NCBI RefSeq assembly: GCF_038025025.1
Contig: NW_027117340.1
Coordinates: 310,001 to 374,000 of the forward strand
DNA: 64,000 bases
Direction: 5' to 3'
Source: Phyllosticta citribraziliensis
Lineage: Eukaryota
Below the pieces are notes generated by a model, which was not told the DNA's origin, searched no databases, and was given only the letters and a program-made list of their open reading frames with translations. The translations under genes and the position numbers were made by a program. The first letter of the stretch is position 1. The number at the start of each line of letters is the position of its first letter. Shown piece after piece: positions 1-13,572 of this stretch.

Positions 1-1756
1 TCTTGTGGCAGTCGACGCTGTCTTCTTACTGAATCGGGACAGTCGCAGACCGGAATCGAGCATTTCCCTCGTGAAAGATCTCGAGGTGTAGGACGCCACC
101 TATTTCGGGCCATCTTGGCGCTCCATATACTGCAAACACATGGTAATTTGATCCACGAGTCGCTTTTTTTGGCGATCGAGAGAGGTACAGGATCATGCAT
201 CGTTCGGAACCAGGGGACTGCCTTTTACAGATTAGAGTAGCTGCTGTACCCAAGACGGCGGCGCCGGGTTCCACATGGAGACACATGGTGATCTGCGCTG
301 CTTTGGCTGCCGGGCTGCTGCTGGTGCATAAGAATCGTCTCCGCGACCATCCCGGTAGAGAGGCTGTACAGTGCAACAGCTGGTTCTGAAGATTGGAGCT
401 TCCGAATACGAAGTAGCCTTTGCTGTCCGTGAGCATTCTTGCTTTGAACGAACCAGCTAACAATCCAAACGAAAGCGCGGTTGCTGGACATTGGTGTTTT
501 GCGCTAGCTTCGCAACGAAAGGTCCTCCTATTCCCACTTTATCTCAGTAGCTTTCCAAGTCTGTTCGATGCATTTGTCTTTCTTCACCCGAAATGGATCG
601 GAAAGCCCGATCGTTGCCAAACTGGCCCGTGGTCCCAGGTATTCCTGTCGTTCGGAGCGTTGGTATCCAACGGCGACCATGTGAAAAAGGTTGTACCGTT
701 GCCGAAAACATGAAATTCGGAAATCCTGAAGCTCGCGATGTTTGAAGAACACCGTTATCAATCTTTTAGTCTGGTGCTGATTGAAAACCTCAGGTCGAAG
801 CGGTTCTCGAGATCCACTGGTTGGCCAGGGCGCCTGCACGGTTCGCACATAAATGGGAAGGTTCCAAGCTACGGGCACTCGACAAGGGTCTTGGATCTCT
901 ATTCCTTTGACGCGCATCCATTTCTACGGTACGCCTGCCACTCAGACTGCACCATCGGTGCTCTTTGACGTCCGACTTTTGTGCCGCCATAAAGTCGCAA
1001 CGTCGGGACGCAGCATTGATTCGGACATTCGGAACTCGTCGCTTGGAGTAGTGCGTGAAAGTCGCGGCAACGACTAGTGTCAACGTCAGGAACGAGGGTG
1101 TCTCGGTGTCCCAGTCGTGGCAGCGGGCACGGATATGACAAGGGCCCCCAGGCTGTTTTGTGGGATGGAATCAGGAACATTTGTCTCCTAAAAAATGACT
1201 ACGTGTAGTGCTTGAATCTCTTGGAACTACGGGCTCGAGAGTAGAGAGCTACCACACATGTCGCTGGCTAGAACGTTCAGATCTAAAGCGGTTGAGTGCC
1301 TCTGAGTTGGATTGATATCGTTTTACGGCGTCTAACGGAGTTGGAGGGAGGAGTCTAGTCCGGCCTTTAACAGTCGAATTGAGCAATGAATATATGCAGC
1401 AACAGAGGTGTCCAGTTGCGTGAGGCGGTTTCAGGCGGATCCGATGCAATCCGCACCCCGTCCCGGATGATCCAAACCACGAGCACCCAATCTGTTCTCT
1501 TTGTGGCCCACAGACAATGAGCTTAGTTGCGCAAAGCATTCATGTGGTTTTGTGTTTCGATCGTCCACATGTAGAATACTGAGTGAAGCTTGATCTCGAG
1601 AATGCTTTGAATTCACGTGCGCCCGTGGATACAGCGGGGGAGCTGAAGCGGCTTAGGCATAGCCAAGTCTGCCCCGTATGGCGGGGACGCAAGTAGCCGT
1701 GTTTCGTTTGGCTTCCGCTGTAGAGGGCTGGAAACACCTTCTTCAACTTGAACAAC

Positions 1757-2324
1757 ATGGCGACAAAGTACCCGTCGCCCGAGGAAATCAAAGCCATTTT
1801 CAAGCCCATGGAAGAGGGTGAGGCTGAAAAGGTGTTTGAGAGAGTCCATCCGCATGTCGACTGGACTGTCATGGGTACACCAGACACTTTGCGGAGCTTG
1901 TTCTGTTAGATGGCTGACCGAATGCGATCAAGGTACTCATCCCATTGCTGGGCGATACACGAGCCTGGAAGATTTCTTGAACAGCACGTTGAAGCGTTTG
2001 ACGGCGATCATGAAGACTAGTCCAATTCGCATCAAGACTCGCAACGTCATCGGAGGCGGGGATTCAGAGTGGGCAGTTGTCGAGCTTTACGCGGATGGAG
2101 TTGAGTGCAAAAATGGTCGGTCCAGCTGGCCAGGGAGCTTGGGTTGACCTGCTGACATGGTAGCAGGTCTGAAATTCGAGAATACGTATGCTTGGTGCAT
2201 GCGCTTCAACGAAGACGGTCAGATCGTCCAGGTTCGCGCCTATCTTGATTCGGCGTTGATCAAGCAAATTCTCGAGGAAAACGAGGGCCCCGGGGTGAAG
2301 AGTTACCGAGCTCCAATTGTTTGA
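1757..2324 (+). CDS. SnoaL-like / NTF2-fold (ketosteroid isomerase-like) protein, 3 exons
   Basis: Spliced by hand with introns 1875-1932 and 2116-2166 (GT-AG, GCTGAC branch). Protein: MATKYPSPEEIKAIF...VHPHVDWTVMGTHPIAGRYTSLEDF...EWAVVEL...GLKFENTYAWCMRFNEDGQIVQVRAYLDSALIKQILEENE. These motifs are typical of small fungal SnoaL-like proteins. Confidence 0.85.
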
Positions 2325-2737
2325 TGATGAGAGACGACGAAGGTGGTGTTGAGATGAGGTTGCTGTGTCACGGTCCAGCTGGCGGTGTCTTTACGGCGCT
2401 TGGTCAATGCCGTCATGTTTCCTGGTTGTTTGAATCTCTTGATGGTCGGGCAGTGAATCAAAGTCAACATGAAGTCGTTGCAAACCAGTAGAGGTCTCCT
2501 TGCTGAGAGGCTGGTGAATGCGTCGTGGAGGTCGGAGGCAGACTCCCTCACGTCCAGAGGAAGCAAGACGTGGCCCGTGCCCACCGGAGCAATGTGCACA
2601 CGTTGAGAGACGCGTCGCCATCCCAGCTCCCTCCACAGCCACCATGCTTGCGACGACGACATATCCCCCAACAGCCTTACCATGCGAATAGACCGCTGAG
2701 CATCCAACATCGATGCCTGCCTCTCCTCCCAGGCGCC

Positions 2738-5700
2738 ATGTCTCTCGATCCAATTCACCGCTCCGCGTCGCCCGCGAGCTCAGGCCGTGCCTCGCCCATA
2801 CGCTCACCTCGACGGCGCATCGAGGACGGTATGTACGTCGTGGTGCATGGCTCTTGATCCCACACCGCGCTCACTCTCGCCTCAGGCTCCTTCAAGAAAG
2901 ACAAAGCATTCCGTCGATATGAAAGCAACGTCGAGCGCGCCCTCGCCCTGTTCGATACGCCGCAGCAGGAATGGGCTGACTATATTTCGTTTCTGGGGAG
3001 ATTGTTGAAGGTACATGGAATTGAGCTGTCCCCGGATCTTCAACCATACTGACAATCCAGCCAGGCTATCCAAACACATCCCCCAAGCATTTCCACGATC
3101 CCTCACAGCGGAACCGTTTCAACGAGACTCGCCCAGTGCTTGAATCCCTTATTGCCGTCCGGAGTACACCAGAAAGCCCTCGAGGTCTACACGTACATCT
3201 TCTCCGTCCTCAAGTCACCAGCCCTCGCCCGCGACCTTCAAATCTACTTTCCTGGCCTCGCGTCTGTCCTCTCCTTTGCTTCGCTCTCCGTACGGCCTGC
3301 CTTCCTTTCCCTAATTGAGGCCCACATCCTTGCTGTTGACCCGCAAGCGCTCCGGCCGGCCTTAAAGTCCATTATACTATGTTTATTACCAGGTCTAGAA
3401 GAGGAGACGGCCGAAGACTTTGAGCGGGTTGTCCAAATGATGGACAAGCTGCGGTTCACAATCAGTGGGACGCAAGATCGCAAGAATGATGGCATTGGAG
3501 ACGCTCAGGACTCGTATTTCTGGCAGTGCTTCTTCTTGGCCACAATCACAAATGCGCCGCGAAGGCAGGGCGCGTTGGCCTATCTCGTGCGGCGCTTGCC
3601 CAAGTTTGGATCACGGGCGCCTAGAAAGGGCTCAACAGCCGGGCAGGAAGATGGGGAAGGCGACGAGAACGAACCGCTCTCGCTGGCCGCCGAGGCGGTC
3701 ATTGCGCCAGAGCCGGGGCTTCTGATCCGGTGCTTTGCAGCAGGACTTGGAGACAGCCAGCTACTGACTCAAAGGGGCTACCTCGACCTCCTTGTCAACT
3801 CCCTTCCCCTGCATTCCGAAGTCCTTCAGGTCAGGATTGACTCCCAGGATCTGGAGCGCCTAGTCACGGCCGCCGCTGGTGTCGTTGCTCGAAGGGACAT
3901 GAGCCTAAATCGAAGACTCTGGTCGTGGTTGCTTGGTCCTGAGCCCGCTGCCGACGAACGACCCGAAACTCCGGCGGATTCAAAAGGGCCGCTTTTGGAC
4001 CTCAATTCTCATCATGCCGCGTACTTTGCACGATACGGCCTCCAACCCTTGACCAGTGGAATCATGGCCATGATAAACAGTCGAGACAAATCGCCCGTGG
4101 CGAAGGCGCGACCTTTCCGAGTCTGCTTGTCCTTGATGGACCGCTGGGAAGTAGGTGGACTCCTTGTTCCTGCCCTCTTCCTTCCTGCCTTGGAGAGTGC
4201 AAGAGTCTATCGGGAAACGGCTGGTAGAGAGGCCTTTGAGGACGTGTTGCGCAGTGCGAGCATCTTCTTTGATGGCGTCGAAAGCGGTCTCATATGGGGC
4301 AAGATTCTGGAACTCTTGGACGAAGCCATGTCCACAAACCCGCAGCCTCTTGAGGAACAGCTGCGCAAACTCAAGTTGGCAAAATTCATCATTACCCGAT
4401 TCAACGTACGCGAGGAGGAGATGCTTCTGCACCACATCCCGTTGCTTACCTTTGTTGTTCTCAACCTCGTGAATCGTGGATTGCTCCAGCAAGATGTGCA
4501 AAATGAGCTCGAAAAGCGCATCAATTCTACAAAGCTTGAGATAGCCGACCTACTCGTCCAACTTGTGCCGGATCGCGTTTTTGCAAGCGGCCAGAGTGGC
4601 AAGACGAGGAACGCTCTCAGCATCGACGCCATACGGACGTTCTATGACAAAGCTCAGGGCAATATTGAAGCATCCGGACCTCTTTTCACCGGATCTCAAC
4701 TAAAGGAATCGCTCCTGCGAGAAGCATGCACAAATTTCATCAACTCTCTGCGTGATCCCACACCCGGCAAGGTTGAAACAAGCACCAGACTTCTCTCCAA
4801 CATCTTGTCCAAAGTGACAAATCCCGGCGACCAGGATCGCGATCGGTTCTTGTCTGCTTTCCATGCCTGCCTTGATGGCCAACCCAACGCATCCGAGAGT
4901 TCAGTGCCATTTCCCGCCATTTTGGCCATTACAACCGTCATGGCAGCGCTTCAAGCGAGCTGCCGCCCGCACAACTACTTTCCCCAGGAGCAATTGCCTG
5001 AATTGGTCAACCAACTGGTTCGAGCTACGTGGTTTTACTTGTCGCCCTTTAGACCAAAATACCACGTCGAAGCTGTAAGGTGCTTGTGGCAGCTCCAAGC
5101 TATGACCGCTTCCGATCATCTCGTGGAAGCTGCCATCACTTCGCTGATGTTGCAAGACCCTACTGAGGACAGCGCCTCATTGTCTTCGGATGCTGGACGC
5201 CGGTTTGCCGTTCTCTGGGCACACACGATTCATGAGCTCAACCTTCAAGCCGAGAAAAGTGGCAGAGGCCTTTCTCGGAGACCCAGTGGTCTGCCAGCGT
5301 TGTCTGGTCTGAACACACTCGAAGGAGGCTACCAAGCTATCCTCACAAGACCGCTGTTGCTTCTATTGGACGCGCTCACGGAAGACGGCACAGAGCTCTT
5401 CTTTTTTGTTCGGGCATGGCTGCAGGATCTGCCGAGTCTAAACAGAGTATTCGACATTATCGTGCAGCATCTGCACTCGCTGAATTGCTTCAACTATCAA
5501 GCATCCGAGAAGCTTCAGCCTTCCTCTCAAAAGCCCGCTGTAGTAGTAGATGATTCTAAAGAATGTCTCTACTACATGCAACATTTGCTGAACATTCTCC
5601 GCTGGTCTTCGGATTACACTTGGATGGTGCTGGCCCGAGATGTTGTACAAATGCATGATCCCGCTGCAGGCCAAGAAAAAGAAGTCCCATTGCAGACATT

Positions 5701-8575
5701 GCTGGTGCAAACTAGCATGAGAACGCTCTCGGTGACATTAGGACTGCAGCAAAAGTCTTCACACGTTGAGGGGCTCTATCGCACCGCAATCTCGATTCTC
5801 CGTTTGATTCTCATGAATCCACACTCGTTGCCGCTGAGAGAGCTCGAGTTGGAAAACTTTCTCATGGATCGCCTAGCTGCTGGAAGCCCTCCGCTCCAGA
5901 GCCTCCTTCTAGACGCGACGCTGGCGGCGCTTCGACTACGACTCCGCGCGCTTCCAGCCTCTCCTTCGGAAGACAGGTCCACACGCCAGCGTCAAGATAG
6001 CATCCGTGAGTCTGTAGAGAAGCAAGAATTCGAGGCACCACAGGCCCCTGCGATAGTGCCTCCGCCTCAGCTCGTAGAGTGCCTCAAGACTGGATTTTCT
6101 TCGCCCGAAAGTCGTCTGGTTCTGGACGATTGGGTCAAGTTCTTGATCGAAGTGCTCCCGCTGTTTGCGGACACCATTTTCCAAAACTTGCTGCCTTTAT
6201 CCGAGTGCCTGGGCAAGCAAATTCAGGCCACCTTTGACCAGCTCAAGTCTACTTTTCATGAACCCGCATCTTTTGGCCCTACTGCTCCAGAGTCAACACT
6301 CATCTCGCTCATGAATGGTTTGGAACAGATTCTGGCGAGCGCCCATGATCGTCTAATCTTGCAAGAAGTCAGAACCTCTGTCGCAAAGACGCCGGAACAG
6401 CCACAGGGCTTCTTTGGCAACATGGTTTCTGGAGTATTTTCTCCCGAGCATCCTCAGGCCCGCTCTGCAACTGCAAATAGCCGCCTCACGGTATTGCTCT
6501 GCTTTCAAGATACGGTCCGCATCTGTTTTAACATCTGGTCGTGGGGTGGATACGGCTTGGAGATTGCAAGGCAGGACACGGCATCCATTGCCTCGTTTAG
6601 CTACACTTCTCTTAGGATGCGGAATAGGGCTCGTCGCATTCTCGAGCACTTGTTTGCTGCCGAAGCACTCGAATGCCTCGAGACTCTAACAGTAATCTGG
6701 TGTCGCTCACCACGGGGTAGCCCCGAGGCTACGGCGGTGCTCAGCCTCTTGAATGTTCTCAATGGCTCGAGTCCCAAGCATACAACTCCTACGATTTTCA
6801 ACGCTCTATACAGCCGCACCAATCCCAATGCGTTGGATCCGCATCGGATGTCAACATTGACGTCGAATTTGGCCGACACTGACCTGGTGGCCTTTTTGGT
6901 TGACTATACCAAGTCCCTGGAAGATGATGCCATGGACGAGATCTGGCCCGACTGCTTCACGTTTCTGAGAGACGTGTTGACAAACCCCATGCCGCATCGT
7001 CAAATACTGCCTGGGCTGTTGGAATTCACAGCTACATTGGCTGAAAAGGTCGACAACACAAACTTTGGCGAGCAACGCCGCATGCGTCGCGATTTGGGTG
7101 TAAGTTCTCTTGCCAACGTCTTCGCCCCTGTCTAACTATCATAGGATTTGTTCACTCGGTTGCTCACTGCAACCTTTACTACTCGACCCATGGGCTACCT
7201 CTCGGATTCGTCTTCCCTCTCGGTCGACAAAGTTCCTGAGGAAACGGCGAATTGTAACTCGAGGTCATCCGATATGGTCACCATCCTCGCCAACATTCTC
7301 CCCAAACTCTCTCTCGTTCTGGTGGAACCCGACCGCATTGCTAGCGCAGCAACTGCGATCAGCACAAACGTCATCGGTCCAACCGTTCGAGCAAAGGCGT
7401 TTCCAGAAAACGTTTCTCCAGCACTGCTGGATCTATTCTATCAGATCACGCGTGTCGTCCAGGGATCAAAGGCCTGGAAGAAAGACATTGCTGATGCCTT
7501 CAACGATGCTAGATTCTTTTCTGGTGACCCTTCTCTAGCGAGGGACAGATGGCTCCCTGTACTGCGACAATGGACAGTGGCAGAAAAGGACCGCATGCCC
7601 GAGTTGCTTTCCCGCCTGTCCGCCCCCACTACCGCTGGCATTATGTTTGGTGTCGGCGCGACCAGTGCCAGACAAGAAGCCGACCGCCGGACACAGCTCA
7701 ACCTACGCCGCATCGGTGCACTCGTCATGGCTAATCAGGAAGACACCTTTGTCGGCAATGTGGGCGCTCTCGGCGAGAAGCTCGTCGAACTCTTTATGGC
7801 AACCCCAGCCTCATCTCCATCTTCTGCTACCCGTGCCGAGGCTTTTCTCCTCCTGCGTTCTCTCATTCTGCGTCTCTCTCCAAGTCAACTCGCGCCTCTT
7901 TGGCCGATCGTTACGTCAGAGCTTACGGCCGCCCTCAGCTCCCTATTCCCCGACAACAACTTCTTCACGTCCAACCACGACAAACCCGAAACCTACAACA
8001 ACCTCTCCATCCTGCACGCGTGCAAGCTCCTCGACACGCTCGTCACCATCAACCACGACGACTTCCAGCTCCACGAATGGCTCTACCTCACCGACACCAT
8101 CGACGCCGTGTACCGCCCCGACGGCGACTGGACGCCTGTCGCCCTCGTCGACGAACTCGCCGAATCCCTCCAACAAGCCGCCGCCCACGCGTCTGCGTCC
8201 GCTGGACAAGACGTCGAGCACGGCGGCGCCACATCGTCGTCACCACAGCCCGCCGACACGGTCGCGCTGCCCAACGCAGGCGCCGCAACAACAGCGGCCT
8301 CCGGCGGCGGGCCCGTTGCGGCGGACGACGAGCGCAAGCGCACCAGCTTCCTCAACCCGGTCCTCGCGGCCGCCCGGGAGCAGGACGTCTGGGGCGACGT
8401 CGCCGACATCAAGGCCATGCCCAAGACCGAGTTCGTCATGCGCGTCGTCCGGCCCTTCTTGGGCCAGCTGTCCATTGCGGCGTTTGAGGAGACGTACAAA
8501 GGTGGACGCGTCGACTGGGATTCGGTTGAGCGGGACGTTGTCGCGGATTTGTGGGAGGTGGGCGGTGTTGCGTAG
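2738..8575 (+). CDS. DOP1: Dopey family protein (DopA/Dop1), 4 exons
   Basis: Introns 2829-2885, 3011-3064, 7100-7144. Dopey N-terminal signature QEWADYISFLGRLLK...RLAQCLNPLLPSGVHQKALEVY; also RRDMSLNRRLWSWLLG and C-terminal QLNLRRI, DDFQLHEW. Confidence 0.95.
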
Positions 8576-9919
8576 GTGCGTTACCTGTAGATGGGGTGGT
8601 GGTGTTGGCTCGTTGACGACGGAATGGACAAGCGGCCGCCGTGTAGTGTAATTTTCTCGTTGTTTATATTCAATTGTTCTGTACCGGGTTACTGTCTGCG
8701 TCTAGGCCCTTTGTTGTTCTTCGCTGTCCGTCCTGCTTGACTGCTTGTGTGCCTGTTCTGACGTGCGTCTTCTGGCTCGCAATAGGTACGATCTAGGCTG
8801 CTTCTCACGCGCCTTGATGGTCACGTATTCGACGTATCGGGACTCCCTCCGCGTGTCTCTCCATCAGACCACGCGAACGGCGTAACTTTCGACAGACAGA
8901 CGAGATGCAGAGTGAAACCATTCGGGCATGTTTTCTTAGAGGTCGCGTAAGTTGCAGACACTGGCACGGCACAAGGCAAGACCGTGAGCAGCAGATTTCC
9001 ATATTGTTTGAAAGCAGTGATTTCTTAATGTCACGCTACACTTCGCTACGCTATGCCAAACCACCACCACATCTCGAACCACGAACCACGAATCAAGACA
9101 CGCGACTAACGATACAGTGTAGACGACAAGGCGCGCGGGGCCAGGAAAAGAGGCAAAGTAAAGCGGTGAATGCGGCAACTCATTTTCATTCACATGTTCT
9201 TAACAACATCCTATTTCAGCATCTCCATCGCGCCGCCGCGGTCCGATTTGCGTCTTCATGCTGCGTCTTGTCGATTCGCTGCACCGCACCGTTGTCAGAG
9301 GACTGCGGCGCTCCTGAGTACCTTACATATATCTGAGTATACGACTATCCTCCGCAGAGAGTGGAACGGACGGAGCAACGCTGCAACTGTTGTCCGGATC
9401 CGATTCGTTGGGGTCGAGTGGGATGGTGAGCTGGATCGTCGTCGTGTGCGTCTAGTGCAGATCTAGCGATGCGTTATGGGTATTGAGTGCTTCTGCCGTG
9501 TGTTGGTGGGTCGGCGAGTGGACGGAGTGGTGGCATGTTGTAGTATGAGGATTTGTAGTCTGATTGCAGATAATGCCTGGAGACAGCAAGGGCTTCGGTT
9601 GTCGTGTCTCCTTGATAATGCCGCGCCTGGGATCCGTCCAAGAAAGTCCGTGTCCATCTTATTGGGGAGGAATCGCACGCAGAAAGCTGCCCCGTCGTGG
9701 CCAGGATGTATGTAGGTCTTGAACATGCTTGCCGGCTTGGCTGAGCTAGAGCCACAAGTGGTGGGGGGTGCATTCTTGCAGCGGGCGCGACGGTTGATGG
9801 ATAGGAAAAGATCCTTGCCAGGTCGACATTCTAATGACACGCGCTCTTGCTCTTTCCCACACGCTCTTGGTTGTACGCAACGATTCGTGAAGTATGCTTG
9901 GTTGCTCAGTGGACGCGCT

Positions 9920-11149
9920 CTACAGCTCATCCAAGATGCGCAGCGGCCCCGAGTCCCGGTTGCCCATGCCTTCAGAGGTGACCGAGGGCTGGTACGTAGG
10001 GCTGCTCTGGGAGCTGTGCAGGCTCTGAAAGACCTCGCGCACGGAAGACGGCAGATCGTACTCGACGGTCTTGTTCGAAGAAAGGAGGAAATCGGCGACG
10101 TCGCCGCTCTGTGAACGGATGCTGTATAGAATGTACGAAATGAGGAAGAGGGCGGCCAAAGCGCCCAGAATACCCCAGAGCATGCGGAGGCGTCCTGTCC
10201 TCTGTCAGCTTGTCGTCTAGAAAGCTCGAAGCCTGGTTGTTCTTACTGCTAGTCTTGATCCGCCACTCCTCTTCGAGTTTCTCCCTCTCGTCTACCCGCT
10301 TCTTCGCTGCGTCGAGCCTGACTCGCAGTAGGCGCGCCTTCTCCTTGGACGATGTGATTCTCGACTCAAAGTCGTCCAGCTGCTCTGCTTGCGCTTTGAA
10401 GTCGCCAAGGTTGTCCAACGAGTTGTTCACTTCTTCTGTAAGCTCGTCTGCATCCGTCGCGAATTCGGTGCGGAGATCTTTGGTCAGGCTCGAGAGCTCT
10501 TGAAGATGGTCGATCATGGACCGCAGGCCGGAGACCTTTTCGAGTATCGAGTAGTACGTGTCGTCGAGGCGTCGCGTTGTAGCCATGGATTGCTCGGAGA
10601 GAGTATCGAGGGCAGTTTGGAGTTGCCTAGACGCATTTTGTTAGACTAGGAGCAGGGGCGTCGGCGGTGGTAAACATACTCTTCCCGCTGTTTTCTAAAG
10701 GCCCTCTCTTTCTCGACATCCTCAGGCCTAACTATCCTGGTGGGTACTCGGGGGAAGGAGTTCTCAAGGGCTTCATTCAAAGCTGTGAGGCTGCCTTCTT
10801 TTGTACTTGTGCTACCGTCTCCAACGCTTGTGGATTTCGGGTCCTTGTCCTTCTCCTTGCTCGGCCTCACGAGTTCGCCAAAGGGAGTCTTGCTAGCGGG
10901 CAGCACCGCACTCTTGATCTCCCTATCCTCGGCATATTTGTCGCGGTGGCCATGATGGTGGTGGCCATGGTGATGCTTATGGTGGTGCAGGCCGAGGTGC
11001 GAGCGTCGGGACTCTTTGGGGGGTGGCGCGGCAAAGGTGCTGCTGCGGCCGGTTTGCTGGAGTTTGGAGAGGCCTACCGGCACGGGAATGTGGTGGTCGC
11101 GATCGCGGTCATGGCGCGCGTCTTTGGAGAGATTTTTGGGAGAATCCAT
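9920..11149 (-). CDS. Uncharacterized coiled-coil protein with His-rich N-terminus, one TM helix near the C-terminus and terminal LDEL, 3 exons
   Basis: Introns 10627-10679 (GTATGT/CTAAC/TAG) and 10195-10246 (GTAAGA/GCTGAC/CAG) join three ORF-track segments in frame. Coiled coil TTRRLDDTYYSILEK...; TM LWGILGALAALFLISYILYSI. Confidence 0.8.
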
Positions 11150-11665
11150 GCCATGGTGTGGTCATGGAGACTCTCGTCGGGGAGAGGGTGTCGTGGGGGG
11201 TTGACGGCGTGGGAGCGGTGGACGTCATCAGCTCCGCGCTGCGCTGCGCTGCGCCCACTACTGGCACCTCAGATCGACAGGGCGGGTCCCAGCACCGCGA
11301 CATCACACCTACACCACCATTCCATTTCTCTACCGCGAGCCCTGATCTTCGCATTGGAATCGCATTTGTTGTTGCCCACCAGTCGACTCCGGCATGCCAT
11401 CCGAACGTGATAATCATTTGACCCATCAGAAGCTGATACTCGAGCGCCAAATCCGATGGAAGCGAGTTTCTATTCTTCGGAGCCTTGCCACTCCCGCCGT
11501 ATCCACTAGGAATACGTTCAAAAGCCGTCTTTCCTGCCCACGTAGCTTTCCAACTCACCAAGCCCAGTGTTGGTCTCGTCCACTCTGCTGTGTACAAGCC
11601 ATGGGCAACTAACAACAGCCCACGCGATCCTCAAAGGCCAAACATTCATGCGGTACCGTACCAAA

Positions 11666-12473
11666 TCAACCGCCCTTCCTCGGCTGCTGTGGCTTCGAGA
11701 ATCCTTCATCAACGTCCCTCTCTAACTTCTGTCGGGCCATCCACGCGCGGTAGTTGGCGATCCAAGTCCTGTTATTGCGCCTATCCTGATCAGTCGGCAC
11801 CTTTTCTTCGCCTCTGCGAACCCTCTCTTGGTAGTTGACGACGGTATTTTGATACACTTCATCCGCATACTGCTGCAGCCTGACCCTAGGTTGCTGCGTC
11901 ATGTTGCCGTTGTCTTGGGCCTCTGAGATGGCCAGGTTTCCATTCCGCGGATCGGCCGACGTTCGGATAGGCAGAGGCTTTTGCGCCCATTCGGACAGTT
12001 GACCCGACGGAGGATTACCATTGAAAGAATCGGATTGGAATAGAGGAGCTGTGGAAGATGGCGTCGGTGTGCTGTCTCGCTCGCTGCTGTATGTCTTGTA
12101 CATGGCGATGGCTGCCGATGATGTCTGCGGCGTACCAGAGGTTTGCTGGCTGATGTATTCTCTGTAAGAGGCCGTTCCTGCGCTTGAAGATGTTTTGGGG
12201 GCGGCCTTTATCGCTCCTGCTGTGTCTTTCATCAGCCTCCATCATTCGGGGAGGGCCTTGTCCGTTGAGGTTACCTCTATGCACGACCCCTAGATCGCTA
12301 CATGTACCCTGATGGCCATCCCACAAGAAGCTTCGAGGGGCGGCTTGATTACCCGCAGTAGTCTTCTCGGCACCGTTGATTCCAAGGCTTCTGTGTAGCT
12401 TGAAGTTGCGCTGAACATACTCGGGTATGTCCCTCGACTTGCGTGCGTCGCCGTTGCTGCCGTCGGCTGACAT
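11666..12473 (-). CDS. Hypothetical low-complexity protein, 2 exons
   Basis: A phase-compatible intron 12220-12352 (GTAATC...GCTGAT...ACAG) joins MSADGSNGDARK...KTTA to the 188-aa ORF ending ...RTWIANYRAWMARQKLERD...RKGG. No recognisable domain. Confidence 0.5.
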
Positions 12474-13572
12474 CTTGACCGGACCAGCACGCTGGGTCTG
12501 GCTGGAAGATATGAAAGAAAGAAATCAAAATGGACCAAAGGCGGAGTTTGCCTGGGTGGTGATGAGCCAGCGGTGCAGGTTTATCTCAAAAGGCTTGTCC
12601 TGTTTGAGCGGGTGCCAGCGGTGCAGTTGCCTCGCTGGATGTGCTGCTCAGCACGTCAACGGAACCTGCTTCGTTTGTCCACTTGATTGAATCTTGACGA
12701 CAGGAGTTATCGACCACGGCACTGACCAAGATTCAACAGCAGGTCTATTCCGTTTGCCATTGCGTTTGTCATCACCCACACCGCATTTCTGTCCTCTTTC
12801 TTGAAGTTTGGATCCGATTCGCTCAACAACACAGCACAGCCCGCCCGAGAACACTGGAACCATGGTTGGTGGTGGAATCGTTGACCACATAGCAGAAGAT
12901 TCTCCAGCACACTTTGACAACTCGGAATCGAAGCAGAGTAGATAGATGCTGTGGCGTATAGTACCAACCTCCATGACTTTCGAAGGCCGGGTGCAAAGAC
13001 TCGACGCAATAAGGTCGCAAAAATCGTGGCACACAAATATAAGGATCTGTAAGTTGGACTCTAATGCTCTCAAGGGCTCGAATGCTCCTCGATTGACCCC
13101 TATCATTGCTGTGTGTCACCACTTATGCCTTCGAGCCTCAAGCTTTCTGTTCACTAGAGCACAATGGCGATTCTCATCTTCTTCCCATTCTCGTCATGAT
13201 TTCGTATCTCGACTCTCTTTATGACGCTTCAGGACCTTCCCGTCTCTGTTCTCTCAACAGCGTTCGAATGACGTATCCTCTTGGCCATGGTCCCAGATTC
13301 AACGTGGAAACTGTTCTTCCAAAAGTTAGCCAACCAAACTTGTCTGCTTTTACCAGAGCAAGTTGCTTTTTCAAGTCAACATTCTAGTCGCACACTCTCC
13401 TCAAATCTCTTGTCTGTCCGCATGCCAAACGATAAAGATCCCCTTACGCTTTGGACTGGGATCCGTTAGAATCCTTAATGCGGCTTAATTCAAGACACTC
13501 CTCGCTACCATCTTCGTCCGCCTCTTCTTTCGGGAATCCTAGCACACACCGTCTGCGACATAGTCAAGTTGA

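Noticed and set aside
1..1200. Short ORFs on both strands and a protein-like minus-strand frame interrupted by several stops
   Set aside because: No recognisable domain or consistent splice model; it could be a decayed gene but I cannot support that.
7647..8651. Overlapping 334-aa and 195-aa alternative-frame ORFs in the DOP1 3' end
   Set aside because: Shadow ORFs caused by high GC at third codon positions.
8576..9919. ORFs of 100-155 aa between convergent genes
   Set aside because: No motifs or convincing splice structure; probably UTR or intergenic sequence.
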